DNA from: Halocafeteria seosinensis
Taxonomy: Eukaryota
NCBI GenBank assembly: GCA_001687465.1
Contig: LVLI01000170.1
Coordinates: forward strand, 62,001-116,885
Reading direction: 5' to 3'
Length of the DNA: 54,885 bases
The notes below the pieces were generated by a model. It saw only the letters and a list, made by a program, of their open reading frames with translations. It was not told the origin of the DNA and did no database searches. Of the stretch, positions 1 to 13,175 are shown in pieces. The position numbers and the translations under genes are program-made. The stretch's first letter is position 1; every line of letters begins with the position of its first letter.

Positions 1-1837
1 AGAAACTGGTAGATTCCCCATTCCCTCTCATCTTGTGTATGTCTCTGTGAGGTAAGAAACATTTGCGCCTCTAAACCGGCAACGAAGACGGACAAAACGT
101 ACACCGTACGTACTGTGTGGAAGCAGGTAGACAACTTGCCAGGGAAGCGTTAGTGTCCTGGCAGAAACGAAAGTTCGAAACTGGTCCATTAAGCCCAGGC
201 ATTGTTGAAAAATCAAATGAGCGACAACTTCCATCTTGTTTAAATTGGTGTTCCCCTCTGTATAAAAAATCCACAGCCTACTTGTAAATTGGGGAAATGC
301 TCAAGGTGCTTGGCTTACGTCACTGGCAGTATTGGACAGTCGGAATCAACTGCGAGGCATAAAAGCAACAGGAAAAAAGTGCTCCATAAAAAGCAAGGGG
401 GAAATTTGTATACAACTGTACCCAATACGTCTTCGCTTGCTTCAGGAGCGTCATTTTCCTGACAAGGGATTCCTGAAGGCTCCACTGCCAGGAACACTGA
501 TTGGTTCACTGCTGTCTTGCTCATCCAGAGTGAAAAGTGTTTCGTTTCAAACGGCCCGAAGAATATGCAGGTCCAGTCTCGGGTGTTCCCTAGCATTGAG
601 TTTACGGTGCTGAAATGACCACAAAATTAAAGCACAATTCCAATTTCCATGCATCTGTGGTAGTGCATGAATGTCCTCACCTAATTACCAAATCTTCGCC
701 ACAAACACGGTCTCCAAAAGACCCTCGACAAAATTTATGCAACGTGTCACCTTCGTTTGGGTTGCTACCATCGAAGTCTACCGATACGCATTGTTCTCCT
801 TTAATAGAGTCAGGGTCGGAAAATCGAAAAGGGTTACTACTGCAAATACGAGTTGAGCATAGAACCTAGTGGGTCACAGAGTAAGGAACGATTCCAGCTT
901 ACCGGAAAAAAATAGGAACCTCGCCACACATCGCATCTGTTAAGGTACGCCAGGCCTCTATATATTAACAGAGAAAACTACTTAATCCAATACAAAAACT
1001 TACTCTCAGTTTTTGATTGGTACATAAGAAGTGGTTCTTCTCCAGCACAATCCGAGGAGAGAACCGCATGACTAGCGTCGTTTGACATCCAAACATAATT
1101 TGACACTTGCAAAGTTGTTGAGAACTCCACACAGAACCAGTTTTCTACATTCTCGTGGAACACGACGGAGCTGCAGCTAAAAGGTACAGGGTCAAGAATT
1201 GGAGGCCCCGACCAAACAGCGAACATACCTTATTTGTGCATTTGGATCAACATCGATGTCACTCCGTTTTGATCTCAAAGCTAGAGTAAATTCGTCAGTA
1301 GCGTTATTAATGTTGGAAAAATCGAAGGATACACATTCTCCATGTCGGCTCTTAGCAGTATATATCAGCCTATTGTCAAACTTGACTTTACGTTGCGCGC
1401 TGCAAAGGACATAACTCATGAGTACGAAGTTTGCAAGAGTCAACATTTAGGAAACGCATGGCAAAGTTTCGTTACATGACTCTGAGACAATTTGCACAGT
1501 GCCACCGACTCCAGAAACAAGCAAAGAAGGCTCCTACAAGCTTTCAGTCCCGGTTTAGACTAATTCTTGTAATCTAATCGCTCTGATATGTGCTAAGAGA
1601 TCGAATAGTGAAACCTGACCGAGTTGTGTGGTTAAGAAACACCACCCAAAAACAACCTCAGGCTATACTGGGGCATGCAGAGTGCTCTCCTTACCTTTCA
1701 GGAATACCCCCGCTAGTAACTTGTTCGATCGCTTCAGCTGGAGCTCCCGTGGCAGCTACTAATGATAGCAGAACAAATCCGAAGATAGATGTTAGCCCTG
1801 GCAGGGCTGGCTTCAGAATCAACTGAATCATTTTCAT
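1..1837 (-). CDS. Multi-exon, probably secreted Cys/Trp-repeat protein (paralog A); 3' end runs off the window
   Basis: Minus-strand exons carry repeated motifs: GECVSFDFS (~1330), NWFCVEF..YVWMSND..LSSDC (~1140), QCVSVDFDG..KFC (~790), DWTCIFF..LWMS (~570), SCRSFDFS..FRFC (~230), with GT..AG boundaries. Candidate signal-peptide first exon MKMIQLILKPALPGLTSIFGFVLLSLVAATGA (ATG 1837, donor 1694); alternative start at 1446. I could not link the first exon to the rest. Confidence 0.65.
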
Positions 1838-2233
1838 CCAGAAAAGCTTTCCATCGTTTTTCCGGTAGACAAAAACTTTAAAACGTTCCTACATTGCCCG
1901 AGCAAAACGATCCGGGTCAGATGCTCCTTGAGGCTTAAGCCTCGATATGTTAGCGCTGAAGCAGCGGAGTCTAGGGATAAACATTCTTCAGGAGTATCTT
2001 GTCAAAATGCCCGCCAAAGTGGTGCACCCCTTGAGTTTCCCTGTGTCCCGTTGCCATAAACTTTTTGTCTTTCCCTTTTGCGAGCGTTGTGCAAGCAATG
2101 TAACTAAACCAGAACAAATTGTATGTGTTGTCAGTGCTATCAAGGTTGATAGCATCGTTTGTACTAGTGCTTATCAAAAGCATAAAGACTACCGGGCTCA
2201 CTCGTACCAAGTCTGTATCGTTTGCTGAGAACA

Positions 2234-5200
2234 ATGCGAAAAGCTCTTCCGTTGCTCCTCGGAGCTTTGCTCTGCGCTTACACGGTTGAGGGAGCTATCC
2301 CGGTAGATGGACGGTATGTGTAGTATGATGCATGTCGTGTAGCGTACTTGTTCTTTGAAAAGAGGAAGAGCAGGTAGTGGAGTGTGTGTATGCCTCTGCC
2401 TTGAAGCCATTCATGAGAAGGATCAATATCTGAAATTAACTCCGCCGAGTTTGTTTGCAAAGATCGACAGAAGCAACTCAAGTGGTTACATAAATGAAAT
2501 AGCTGACATTACCGGGCTGGAGGGATGATTTGGGTTTTGTGCCTCTTTGCAAAAAGTCGTGTGCCTTCCACAAGGGGAGTGAGATGCAAAGAGTGTTTAT
2601 CTGACGGTGGCATTTGGTGTTCCTTGTTTACAACTCAAAATGTTAGCAGCAATTCATGGGCTATTGAAATTCTATGTCTTGCCTGACAGAATTTCTCATG
2701 GACTTTGTCCTTTGTTTTGTTTTTCAGAGTCAAACGGAGATTCTTAACCACTGAGAAGTACACCAAGCGCCCAGTGCCAATGGGTGATAAGACCTGTCAT
2801 TCAACTGATTTCTCCCACAATCCCGACGAGGGCGATTCCTTCTATTACTGTGAGGGCACCATCGGTGGTGTGGGGAATAACGTCGATGCAGGTCCTTTGG
2901 ATTGCGGTTACGGTGACATCAGGTACAGTTTTGTACAACAATACTATAGGTGCACAGCACTCCTCTAAAGTTGGATGCCACTTGTAGAAACGCAGCAACA
3001 TTCGGACAACGGACAATTACTTTTGTGTATCTTTTGAATGGTCTAATACCATGAAATACGTTTGGTATAACAATGCGGCCAGTGTCGGAGTGATGTCCTC
3101 TGATTGTGAGGGCGATCCTCCCCTACCAATGTACACTGCCCCTACTTCGAGTAAGTCTGATTGATGGATGTCCCTGGTTGTTTTTCGAGCCATCAACCCG
3201 TTCAATTTCACGATGCAGATGGGATGTGCGGCCAAATCCCGGAGGAATACCAAAAGTGCGTTTCCGCCACTTTTGTGTGTTATTATATATTCCAATGATA
3301 TGGTATTTACGCAGCTTGAGTCGTATCGTTCTCGATGACGGCTATTGTGGTTCTGTTGACTTAGTGTTGGATGGCAATAGCAACAATCAACCGAAGGAGG
3401 GGGCTCCTGTTAGTGATTTCTGTACAGCAGGAGACAAAACTTGCACCCCGGCAAGTGCCATCATTCAGTATGTTGCTCCCTCCAGGTTCGTTTGCTTTCC
3501 CCAACCGATGCTTTGTTACTTTTTCTCTATGTCCTCCAGATCAATCCATTCTTCCCTCGAGCATGAATCAATGAACTGGACATGCGTGCACTTGACTGAC
3601 TCCGTTTCGACTTCTTACTACATATGGTTGTTGGAGAATCCAGACATGTCGGGCAATCCACCGCAAGCTGGAATTGGAACATCGTGCCTAGACGCCGGCT
3701 TTCCCTCGGAAATACAAAATACAACCCGTATGGAAAAAGCATATCTTTGTTTATCTTGCTTTCTAGATTATATCTCGTTTTCATTCATATAAGATGCAGA
3801 AAAGGCCTGCCCAGTATTACAAGCGTACGGTTACCCGCGTTTCACCAGTAGTATCAAAAAACGAGTTTCACAGTCGCGCGGATTTGTGCGGTTATTGCAG
3901 GCCCTCCGAAATGCAGTTTATTCCTATGAATCTCCCAGATCAATGCCGCTCTTTTGATTTTACATCCAGTATAGGTGTCGCAGCCAACAACCACTGGTTT
4001 CGTTGGTGCGTTTCCAACTCGACAGTCCAGGCTGACTGCAAACCAACCCAACTTACGTACGTCAGTTTTGCTGTAGGAGTCCGAAATATTCTTGAATAAA
4101 TTCTTCTTAGTGCAGCGGGATGACGATAGATGAGGAATCAAGTGCAATGACATGGTTCTGTGTAGACCTCACTGGGATAGATAGTGACACAGTGCATATG
4201 TGGGTGAACAGTGATGGGAGTAAGGCGGAACTGGTTCCCGAGTGTACCGACACAAAACCAGAGACCACCATAGCCACCTCCGGTATGAGTTTATTGATAC
4301 CTATTCTTTCGCGTCGCTCTTACTTCATCTCGGTCTTTGGGTATTGCAGCCGGTAGATGCGACGGGCTTCCTTCGGACTTGGTGTAAGTTTCCTTTTGAA
4401 ATGGTGGCGACTTCCTCTTTGCTGATTTGCACAACTGAATCCGCTACTAACTTGTACCGAGTGTTCCAGGGACAATGTACAATTTAAGGACTTTGACGGG
4501 CATTGTCAGTCTTTTAACTTTACGGCGAACACCGCGGGAGGAGGAAATCCGAGCAGGCTTTTGTTCAGCACTTTCCGTCATTGTACCAACGGAATAACAA
4601 ATTGGGATGGTGTATCTCCAACGCTTCGACGGTGTGATAGCAAGGCGACTGTAGAGTAAGAAACCAACCTCCTATACACTGTACAGGCCTCACGTGAGTT
4701 GAAGGAGTAAATATTCTTCCGACCAGGTACATACTGAAATTGGATAACATGGGACAAAGCGCTCCTTGGTTTTGCCTTAAGTACACATCTAGTGTTCAAA
4801 AAGAAGGACAAGACCATGTGTGGTTCAATACGGATGGAAAGATGGCTGCTTTATCTTCTGACTGCGATGCCGATAAGCTCTTAAGCTTCCGGTACAGTAC
4901 GTATAGCGTTGGAGCAAGTGGTAAGCACAAAAACGACTAAGCGACTAAATGAGAACGCTAATGAGATATAATGGGTATTCCGCATCTTGTCCTCTCAAAA
5001 CCACAGATTTTTGTATGGTTCTTCCGAGTTCATTGACTGGGTACGTTGCACTGTCGCTGTGTCTTCGGGCACATAATAGACGCTTGCTTCTGCAGGACAA
5101 CTTTAAGATTCTGGGATCCATTGGGCGCCTCTGAGAACACCACATACTGTCGTTCGGTAAACTTTAATCCTATTCTTCTTCCTCAGGAAGAAGCAATCAC

Positions 5201-6891
5201 TAAGTCAGTTCCAATGAACGAATACCGTGATGATGCCGACTTGTTTGAATTCTGCGAAGGCACTGGTGGAAGAAAAAAGTGCACTGACAGTACCACGCGC
5301 TCAAGCAATTTGAATAGTTTTGGCAAAAATTTCCCTGAGTACAATTACGCTAGTATCCAGTACGTGTTTGCAATTTATCGACAATTTCGCTCGGTTTCTT
5401 CAGGTTGACTTCTCTTTGGCAAGTCATTTGCAGAGATCTGAATATTTACCAAGACGGGGACATGAATTGGTGGTATTGTGTGAATTACCAGTTCAAGTAT
5501 GATACCACCAATCAAGGGTCTAATAGTCCTCTGTCGGTATACATGCACCCCGGAAACTCGTCCGATGAGAACAAGGGGAGAATGGCTTTCTTAGTACAAG
5601 AAACTGGTTGTAAAGGAATACCTGGCGGCAATCCGAACCCCATTAGTTCGGGATTCGCTCATCCTCTGAAAGGTAGGGAACAACTCGACTGACTACTTCT
5701 CTTACCAATTGATTTTATTATGTCGTCACGTTTATTTCTTTACAGAAGGAGAATGCCAAGTGATTCCAACTAAAGCACAGTACGTCCTGCACTGATTCCC
5801 AAACTGATGCTTTCGGCATTGAGATCCTACCCGATGTGACTGCAGAAAACAAATTCGATGGCAACAAAACAAGTGGCTCTCGGTTGATTTTAGTGGGAAC
5901 CCCGGTAGGATGGATGGGCAGGACCCCTTCGAATTCTGCACGCATAACGGACATTGCTACCCCGCAGTGCCAACGTAAGTTAATGGCAGTTCCTTCTTCG
6001 ATGGTTCTGTAAAGCACAGATCACTTGTAACACATAACGGTGCAGCAATATTAGCAATCCCGGCGGAGCTAGTGATGTTTGTATTGATTTTACCTATACA
6101 TGCTCATATGGTCTTGACGACCGCTCTCGTGGGCTATGGGTGAGCGACACAATGGCAACTCTGGTGGACAGTTGTATGGCAGATGGAAGCGCGTCCAATC
6201 AATTCGATCCGGGAATGACTCAGAGACTACCTGGAGAACTTCAGTATGTAGACGACTATGGTACAGATGGATATTTATGCTTTGAATTGAATCGGTGATT
6301 TCATCACGCTTCCAGGAAGAGGATGTCTTTCTGGCAGTATGGCACCTGCGTCTCTTTCGACTTCAGCAAACCACCCTCAGAGCAAGACGCTAGTGGCCTT
6401 CAATATTGTGAAAACGTCAGAGAGAATAACTGGTGTGCGTCTACGGTCTCTCTCGAGTAAGTACAACATACAGTTAACCCCAACTCCAATCTACTATGTC
6501 GACGAAGATGCTACCACGCAGGAGTGTCTCGAATCCGGAGGATGCGCCTCAACAAAACTGGTATTGCGTCACGCTTAACTATGAAGATCAATACGGGATC
6601 TCCGACCATGGGTACGTTTGGTTCAATCCGCACTTCTATTTCTGGAATGTCGGATATGGACAGCTCGTGAAAGATTGTGACGGAAGTCCTCCTGCGGTTC
6701 CTAATTGTGCCGATATTCCAAAGAGAGGAGAAAATGTCCTTCGTAGTAAGTGCTTCGTGCTCTTATCTCGCCCCATTGTTCAGGAGGCTCACCACTAACT
6801 TCTTTGTCTTCCCGCAGATGGAATGTGTGATGACTTTCCACAAACATTGCCTCCGTCTCACTCTGACCAGCAGTGCGCTAACGCTATGTAG
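2234..6891 (+). CDS. Multi-exon, probably secreted Cys/Trp-repeat protein (paralog B), about 6 repeat units
   Basis: Candidate first exon MRKALPLLLGALLCAYTVEGAIPVDGR followed by gtatgt (2234-2313). Exons then alternate between C-x-S-x-[DN]-[FL] (~2790, 3340, 3940, 4500, 5150) and [WY]-x-C-[VL]...V-W-x-N...C (~3020, 3575, 4150, 4765, 5470, 6560). Last exon follows intron 6746-6818 and ends at TAG 6889-6891. Full exon chain not resolved. Confidence 0.7.
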
Positions 6892-7078
6892 TTTCGATAG
6901 GGGTTTGGCCATATTTGAATATACTTAGGCGCTGTTGTGTATCCTTGCAAAGGCCTTAATGCGACAATCGTTTTTCTTGTCATCCGTCCCATGTACGGCG
7001 GGGTCACGTGAGAGCCAGAGGACGGTATACTGGATGTCAGGGTCTCGATGGAGCTTCTCCAGAAGAACTAAACTAAAA

Positions 7079-7915
7079 TTAAGAAACATTACAACGAAGA
7101 ACAGCGTTGTTTATCACCTGAAGCATATCCGGAACTACGAATACAGTTCTTCCATATGCTGTTATACTCGTGTGATGCTCCTCTGTACCAGCTAAACTAG
7201 ACTTGATACTTGCAGTTCTCACCCAAAGAAGATCCGAGGCATCGGAAATTGGCCTTGCTCGGGGTACATCACTTTGCTTCACCACACAGACAACGTGTTG
7301 GAGAACATAATGATAGTTGCCAGAAGATCCTCGGGAAATGGACTCGGTGACAGTGAAGACTGGCGATAGTTCCGACTGCAGGCCTATGTTCTGCGGAGAG
7401 AACGATTGATTTTCTCTGTTTCCGAATGAGAAATTGACGGGATAAACTTCTAGATCTGTCTCCTCCTTGGCTTCTCGCTGTACTCCTTCAAAGATTGTTT
7501 CTCCAAATTCAAGAGACCCTCCTGTGTCGTGACTAGTACCCACCGGTGATGCCACTTATTTATCATCCCATTACGGTAACAACTTACCAGGTACTGACCA
7601 GAGGCCCTTAGCGGGCTCTTTCCCACGCTCAATGAGCAAAACTTGGGAAGTATCCACATCCCTCGCAGTGAACGACTCCACCGAACGTCCTTCCAGTAGA
7701 GGGAAGATAATTGCCGTTATACCTGCGAATATAGGGAATGAACGAAATTGAATCATTGCAGAATGATGGAGAACGTGAAACAAGTTGTAGAACCGACCAA
7801 TGCGAGGTTGCTGAGACGAAGAGTTTCGCATTGTGGGTGCATGGTGTGCCGACATCCCTATCTTCCTCGCTCTGGATGATGCCCTGAAGAGCACCCTTGG
7901 TGTCCCTCGGTGCAT
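7079..7915 (-). CDS. Nudix hydrolase (ADP-ribose pyrophosphatase/MutT-like), spliced
   Basis: Removing intron 7522-7587 (gtaagt...acacag) gives VLLIERGKEPAKGLWSVPG/GSLEFGETIFEGVQREAKEETDL, a Nudix box of the form GX5EX7REUXEEXGU. Start codon uncertain. Confidence 0.88.
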
Positions 7916-8273
7916 TTTACTACTCCATTAGGTGGCATACAATAGTGAGGCTATCCTACTATTAGCTCTATATAGGTTCGTGGGTTGACGGATCTTTTGT
8001 GAAGTCATATTGAAGCTATTTCGGCAACCTACGCAATGCTAGTAGGCATGTGTTAAGAAGGCGAATAGAGAACATTCGGACTCCTTCCTGACGGCCCCGG
8101 CAGCTGGCATCTTCATCTTGATGATACCCTTCCTCTCTACCAACGCCGTGGCAGTCCAAGGTAGTCTTCCAGAAGCATCCAGGACCAGGTTTACCTGGAG
8201 TGTTCTTGCTTTAAAGCACCGTCGAAGGTTTAGATTAGTTATGCATGCCAGCTCTTCGGAGATACTAGCAGAG

Positions 8274-10064
8274 TCACTTTGCCTCATTTCGGTTAGCAGC
8301 CGCCTTCGCAGCCTTGATCTTAGAATTGAGACGTTTCCTCTTCCTTTTAGATTGTTTTCGGTCCGCCCCAGCTCTTTCTTGGATCTTAGCAACTTTCTTA
8401 CTTTTTGCGTTTTTATCTAAGGTAAACGCCGGCTGGCGCCGTAATCCAGCCATCCTAGAAGGGCATTCAGCTCTCTTATGACCAACCTGAAGGAGGAAAG
8501 CGCGGACGGTATATCGCAGCAGCCGTGGTAAGTGAACTGATGAATTGACTTACCTTCATACAGTGGAGACATCGATTGTTTTCAGGACAGTGGGCTCGCT
8601 TGTGGCCGCTTTCTCCACACTGAAAGCAGACCATACCGGATCGGGCGTGAGAAAAGGCGACATGTCCACGGGGCATATGACACACCGTTGCATGGTGGCC
8701 AGATCGCCCACAGTTAGCGCAATACAAATGCCCTACAGTCGGCTCTCGAGAAACTAAGGGAATTCCTCCACAGTGCTGCAGTAGCAAAATGTAGCACATA
8801 GTCAAGAAAGGACATGGGAATATTATGAAGGGTTTCTACATACTGCATGTCCTCTTTCACCACACTGCACACACGTCGTCAGCGAGGAATCTGGCAGCCC
8901 CAAAGAATCATCGTAATCCCTTCCCTTAACGGAGAAAATATCTTTAACGATATTGCGTGAGGAGAACTTTTGCCGCTCAAGTCCGAGAGAATCGTAGTCT
9001 AGCATTGTTTGCTTGGCTATTACATTGTTGTCCTCCTGTGCACAGTCTCTGACTTTATGGCCTTCTAAGCCACACTTTAGGCAAAAGGTGTTGGGGCAAT
9101 CTTTGCCCAGATGCGAGGACGAAGCGCACACATAGCAATTTCGGTCCGACGTGCTGTTCTGGGGGCACTGAAAAGCGAAATGCCCTCGCTTTCCACAGTT
9201 AAAGCATTTTGGTCCTCCATCTGAAGAAAAGTAGCGGGTAGGGGTCGGTCCACCAAACTTTTTCTGAGATTTGCTTCCTGCGGGTGTTTTGGCTAGTGTT
9301 TGAGACGCTGTGACTGACATATCGCCTCCGCTAGCTTCTGCACCATTCACATCTTCCATAGTTGAAGTCAGCGCCCCAAAGTCAGATGGGGTATATAATG
9401 GAACATTTCCTCCCTCGGTCGACGTGTCGGCTTTGTATCCGTATGCCTTTTCGGCAAGCGATTGCGGTGTGGTGTAGCCGGAGTCACTGTTCCCAACGCT
9501 TTGCTCTCTCTTGTTCTTTAACTTTCCTTGAAGCTTTGCCATTTCTTTCGTGATCGGCGAGTTTTTTGCTGACTCCTCATTGATAGAACTATCATGCTTA
9601 TCGCGCTGCTTCGATGTTCCAGGAGATCCGTCGGTTCCTTCCTCCTCTTCGTCTGATTCCTCCGACGATGATCCAATTTCTATAACCGGATTGTCGTTTC
9701 GACGACTTCGCTTAGGGTTTCGCCTGAGACTGCTACGAGTACTAGGACCATTCGTCACACCACGTTTACTCTCGTTGTGCTTGGCATCACTCTCACTATC
9801 ATCTTCCTGGGAGTCTGATGAGGAGGAACTCGAGTGGATTTCTATTACTTCTTCATTAGGGCGCTTCGTGCCATTAGAGATGCCTTTGTTAAGTTCATCA
9901 CCTTCGTTGTTACCTTCTTCCCCCTCTGATGAGTCCATATAGTCTGATTCTCCTTCGTTTGAGCTGTATGAATGGTCTTCTTCCTCACGGCCTGTCTCCC
10001 CGCCTTGAATATTGAGGTTGTTCATATGAGAATAGTGGGAGGATGTTTGAGGCTCCACTGTCAT
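8274..10064 (-). CDS. Multi-CCHC zinc-knuckle protein, Air1/Air2/ZCCHC7-like
   Basis: Acidic/Ser-rich N-terminus, then about 7 CX2CX4HX4C-type knuckles (e.g. CFNCGKRGHFAFQC, CLKCGLEGHKVRDC, CFQCGESGHKRAHC; one atypical). Introns 8776-8843 and 8487-8553 restore the knuckles. A basic tail ends at TGA 8274-8276. Confidence 0.8.
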
Positions 10065-10222
10065 TGTGTTCTCTTCTACACCTACGTACGGATTCTTTAC
10101 TTACTACGCATACAATTTCTGACTGACAAGGTCATTCAGCTACCAACTATTTATTGCGCCTGAATACACATTAAACCTCCCGGCACTTCAACCACCAAGC
10201 GCAGGAAAGGGTGAGTCACCAC

Positions 10223-11410
10223 TAGGGCTGTTGGGACCGGAAAAAAAACAGTTCCCCAGCTGGGGATGGGGAAGCCCCCCCGGACCATCCCCATTCCCCA
10301 TGGGGAAGGTTTGGGGAAGGAACATCGAAGACTTAACATGTTTTATAAGAATAGAACGTATAATCCAAGTTGTGTGCGTACATGATTGAGAAGGGGTGCT
10401 GGAAGATTGAGGAGCGCTAGACGTTTGGGAATGGGGACGAAATGGTTGAGGAAGAGCACTGGCCGATTGAGAAGGGGGTGGAGAAGATTGAGAGGGAACT
10501 GAAACGTACCGGTAGCCTTGGAACTTCTGGTAGATTGGAAAGGCACACTGGGGCTTCTGGAAGATTGAGAAGTACTGGAAGACTGAAAATATACACTGGA
10601 ACTTCTTGACGACTGGGGACTTAGAAGATTGAGATGGGACTCTGGAACACTAGAAAATTGAGAAGGGACCGGGGAACTTCTGAAAGATTGAAAAGGGGGA
10701 ATTTGACTTCTGGAATGGCGACAAGGAGCACTGTCCGATTGAGAAGGGGTAGGAGATACTTCCAGAGGAGCACTGGAGATTGAGGTGGTTGCTGGCTCTC
10801 CACAACCTTCAGGAGCTGCTTCGATGTCCACCGTCTCTGCATTAGGTGGCAGCTCATCCTCAAAATCAGACGACCTTCGAATGGCGGTAGCGAAGGAACT
10901 TGACAGAAATTGCCCTCCTCGTCCCAGGAAGCGGTGGCAGCCTGGCTGGTGGGCCAGTGGTGGCCCACTGGCAGGTCGTTGTTGCAACTCCATTTTCGTC
11001 CGATTACGTCTGGTGTAACGTTCTAGTTGTCACGGAAACACACGGCATAAGTATGCTGACGTTTAGGTCAAATGTTATTCCAGAGAGCACTAGTGTATGT
11101 ACTTAATAGGCAATGAATAAGCAGCTTGATCTTTGAATATCAGATTTGAAATCTGCATGCGAACTTTAACGGCCACTACTTTTGTCAGTAGAGATAATGG
11201 TGTATTTGATCATATTTGAGCTCGTCGACCTCTAGAATTATACAGTGCATATGCGCAATGACGTATTGCATGTCAATACATTCATAATTGGAGTTTTATA
11301 TTCTCCACTTTGGGGATCCCCATTCGGGATTTCTTCCCCGGGGGATTGGGGATGGGGAAGCCTTCCCCATCCCCAGTTGGGGAAGTGGGGACGCCATCCC
11401 AACAGCCCTA
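10223..11410. mobile_element. Non-autonomous hAT-like DNA transposon (1188 bp)
   Basis: Perfect 14-bp TIR TAGGGCTGTTGGGA (10223-10236) / TCCCAACAGCCCTA (11397-11410). Subterminal inverted match ttccccagctggggatggggaag (~10252) vs cttccccatccccagttggggaa (~11362), one mismatch. The 8-bp flanks gtcaccac / ctcgccgc match at only 5 of 8 positions. No transposase inside. Confidence 0.8.
10384..10785. repeat. Degenerate GATTGAGAAGGGG-type repeats inside the hAT-like element
   Basis: Variants of the motif recur at ~10384, 10465, 10533, 10563, 10627, 10657, 10686, 10737 and 10778. They give the Ser/Pro/Gln-rich minus-strand ORF 10343-10993. Confidence 0.6.
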
Positions 11411-11887
11411 CTCGCCGCTCTGGCCTACAAACCCGCACTTGATACGGAGACGTACGTTGTGGAGATGCAATCGACGTGTATTGTTGGGAGAGCAGAATCT
11501 CTGCACATGGCCAAGAGCCCGGTGTGCGCTATGCGCTTTCATTTGGCTTGCACTAGTACAAGCCTAGAGTTTTTGATCCGGAACAAACAACTGTACTGCG
11601 GTGTTTGTGGTGCCCGAGCAGTTCGAGTCTCAGCGGCCTATTTGCATTACGGCCACACCTCTATATGTAGTATACATTACTTGGAGGAGCCAAACATACT
11701 GTTTGGAAAGGAAGCAGGTAAGTCTGAGCTTGATGATCACTTTATGTTGCAATAGTATTGCTCCAACTGGACCACAGGAATCTCGGCCCATGGCCCATGG
11801 AATAAGTTGGCAGAACCGTTCACTTGCGTTGTTGATACAGTTGCAATTTGTGATATAGAATACACTCTCTGCTTCTTGATGTGAGAG

Positions 11888-12802
11888 ATGGAGCACGGGC
11901 ACTCTAGTCTGCTGGGAGATTCTAGGAGCGACTCCTGGGAGGTGGAGGATTCGCAGTGTCGCTCCAGCGAAATCATTAAGGCGAGGCTAACGAACGATTT
12001 TTGGAGCGCAATACGTGATTGGTGTATATCAGCCGACGTAGTCGAGGAATTTGAACAAAGCGTATCTCTGGAAGTCTTGGGCGCTATAGCCCACGTTATG
12101 GAAAGAGCGAAGCGCAGTGATACCGAGATCAAGACATGCTTTCGGGAGGAATGCAAACTATGCAGGAACTGGTCGGAGTCCCTGTGGAGGGAAGTACTGT
12201 GGACCTCAAGACATTTGCCATTCCTGTTTCCTCCAGTGTTCCGAGGATCTGCCGATCTAGAAGGATCCTCGAAAATCGCCACACTTCCGACAATCTTCGT
12301 AGCCAACTCCTTTCCTGGAGAAAAATATTCTGTTAAGCTAAGAAGGGACGATCTCGCCCTTGGTGTGTTGTGCTGCCACGGAGAAGTGTTGCTGGAGTAC
12401 GGAGTCAATCAGCAACACACGGTCGTCAAGGAGTACGGGGAGGACAGAAAGAGCGATGCATGCCATGTACTACAACTTGTAGATAACTATGTACCAAGCG
12501 AGAGTACCAAGTCAGCGACTAATTCCCTACATCGTATTGCACTCGCGTCTAAGGGAAAAGAGTGTGTGCACAAAATTCCATCAGGCACAACTATTCGGAT
12601 GAGCTCAAATAGTCCTACGGGTGCTCTAGTTAGTGTAGAAATACTTCAGGATATGCCTCGCACCCCTGTAACGAATGCGTCCTCAGGAGCCAGCAACAGT
12701 AGAAGCATTCCACCTAGAATTGATGAATGCTTAGAGGAGTTGGTTTCAGAGTTGTGGACCGTCTATCCGCCTGACTCCGGAAAGGGGAAGACGAAAAAGT
12801 AA
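11888..12802 (+). CDS. Hypothetical protein (304 aa)
   Basis: ATG-initiated uninterrupted ORF with globular-looking composition; no motif recognised. Confidence 0.6.
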   Translation: MEHGHSSLLGDSRSDSWEVEDSQCRSSEIIKARLTNDFWSAIRDWCISADVVEEFEQSVSLEVLGAIAHVMERAKRSDTEIKTCFREECKLCRNWSESLWREVLWTSRHLPFLFPPVFRGSADLEGSSKIATLPTIFVANSFPGEKYSVKLRRDDLALGVLCCHGEVLLEYGVNQQHTVVKEYGEDRKSDACHVLQLVDNYVPSESTKSATNSLHRIALASKGKECVHKIPSGTTIRMSSNSPTGALVSVEILQDMPRTPVTNASSGASNSRSIPPRIDECLEELVSELWTVYPPDSGKGKTKK

Positions 12803-13175
12803 ACACGTCCCCAGCAATAGGCACATTGATTCGGTTGTAGACAGAACTTTGTGAACACTATCATGCATATCGTAGACGCACAACCTCTAGATACGTCACG
12901 AAACGTGTACACGTCGATCGCCAAATGTTAGTAACGGCGGCTCAGAAACTAACCAATATTAACTGCATTGGTGTTGTAAAGACATCTACCTATGTACAGG
13001 GTTTCCGAGATTTCCTCGCCTCCCCAAACAAACACCACAACATGAAGACAAGTAGTTTGGGCTAGTTCCTGCAAAGCGATGGTCGTACAGTATCGCAAAC
13101 ATCCGCCGCATGTCACGCCAACAGGAGCATCAATATCCGGAAATATTGAGTTACAGCAGATAATCATTGGCAGTG

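Noticed and set aside
11888..12250. TFIIA-like or histone-fold-like look of the 304-aa ORF N-terminus
   Set aside because: Only a vague helical pattern; no diagnostic residues.
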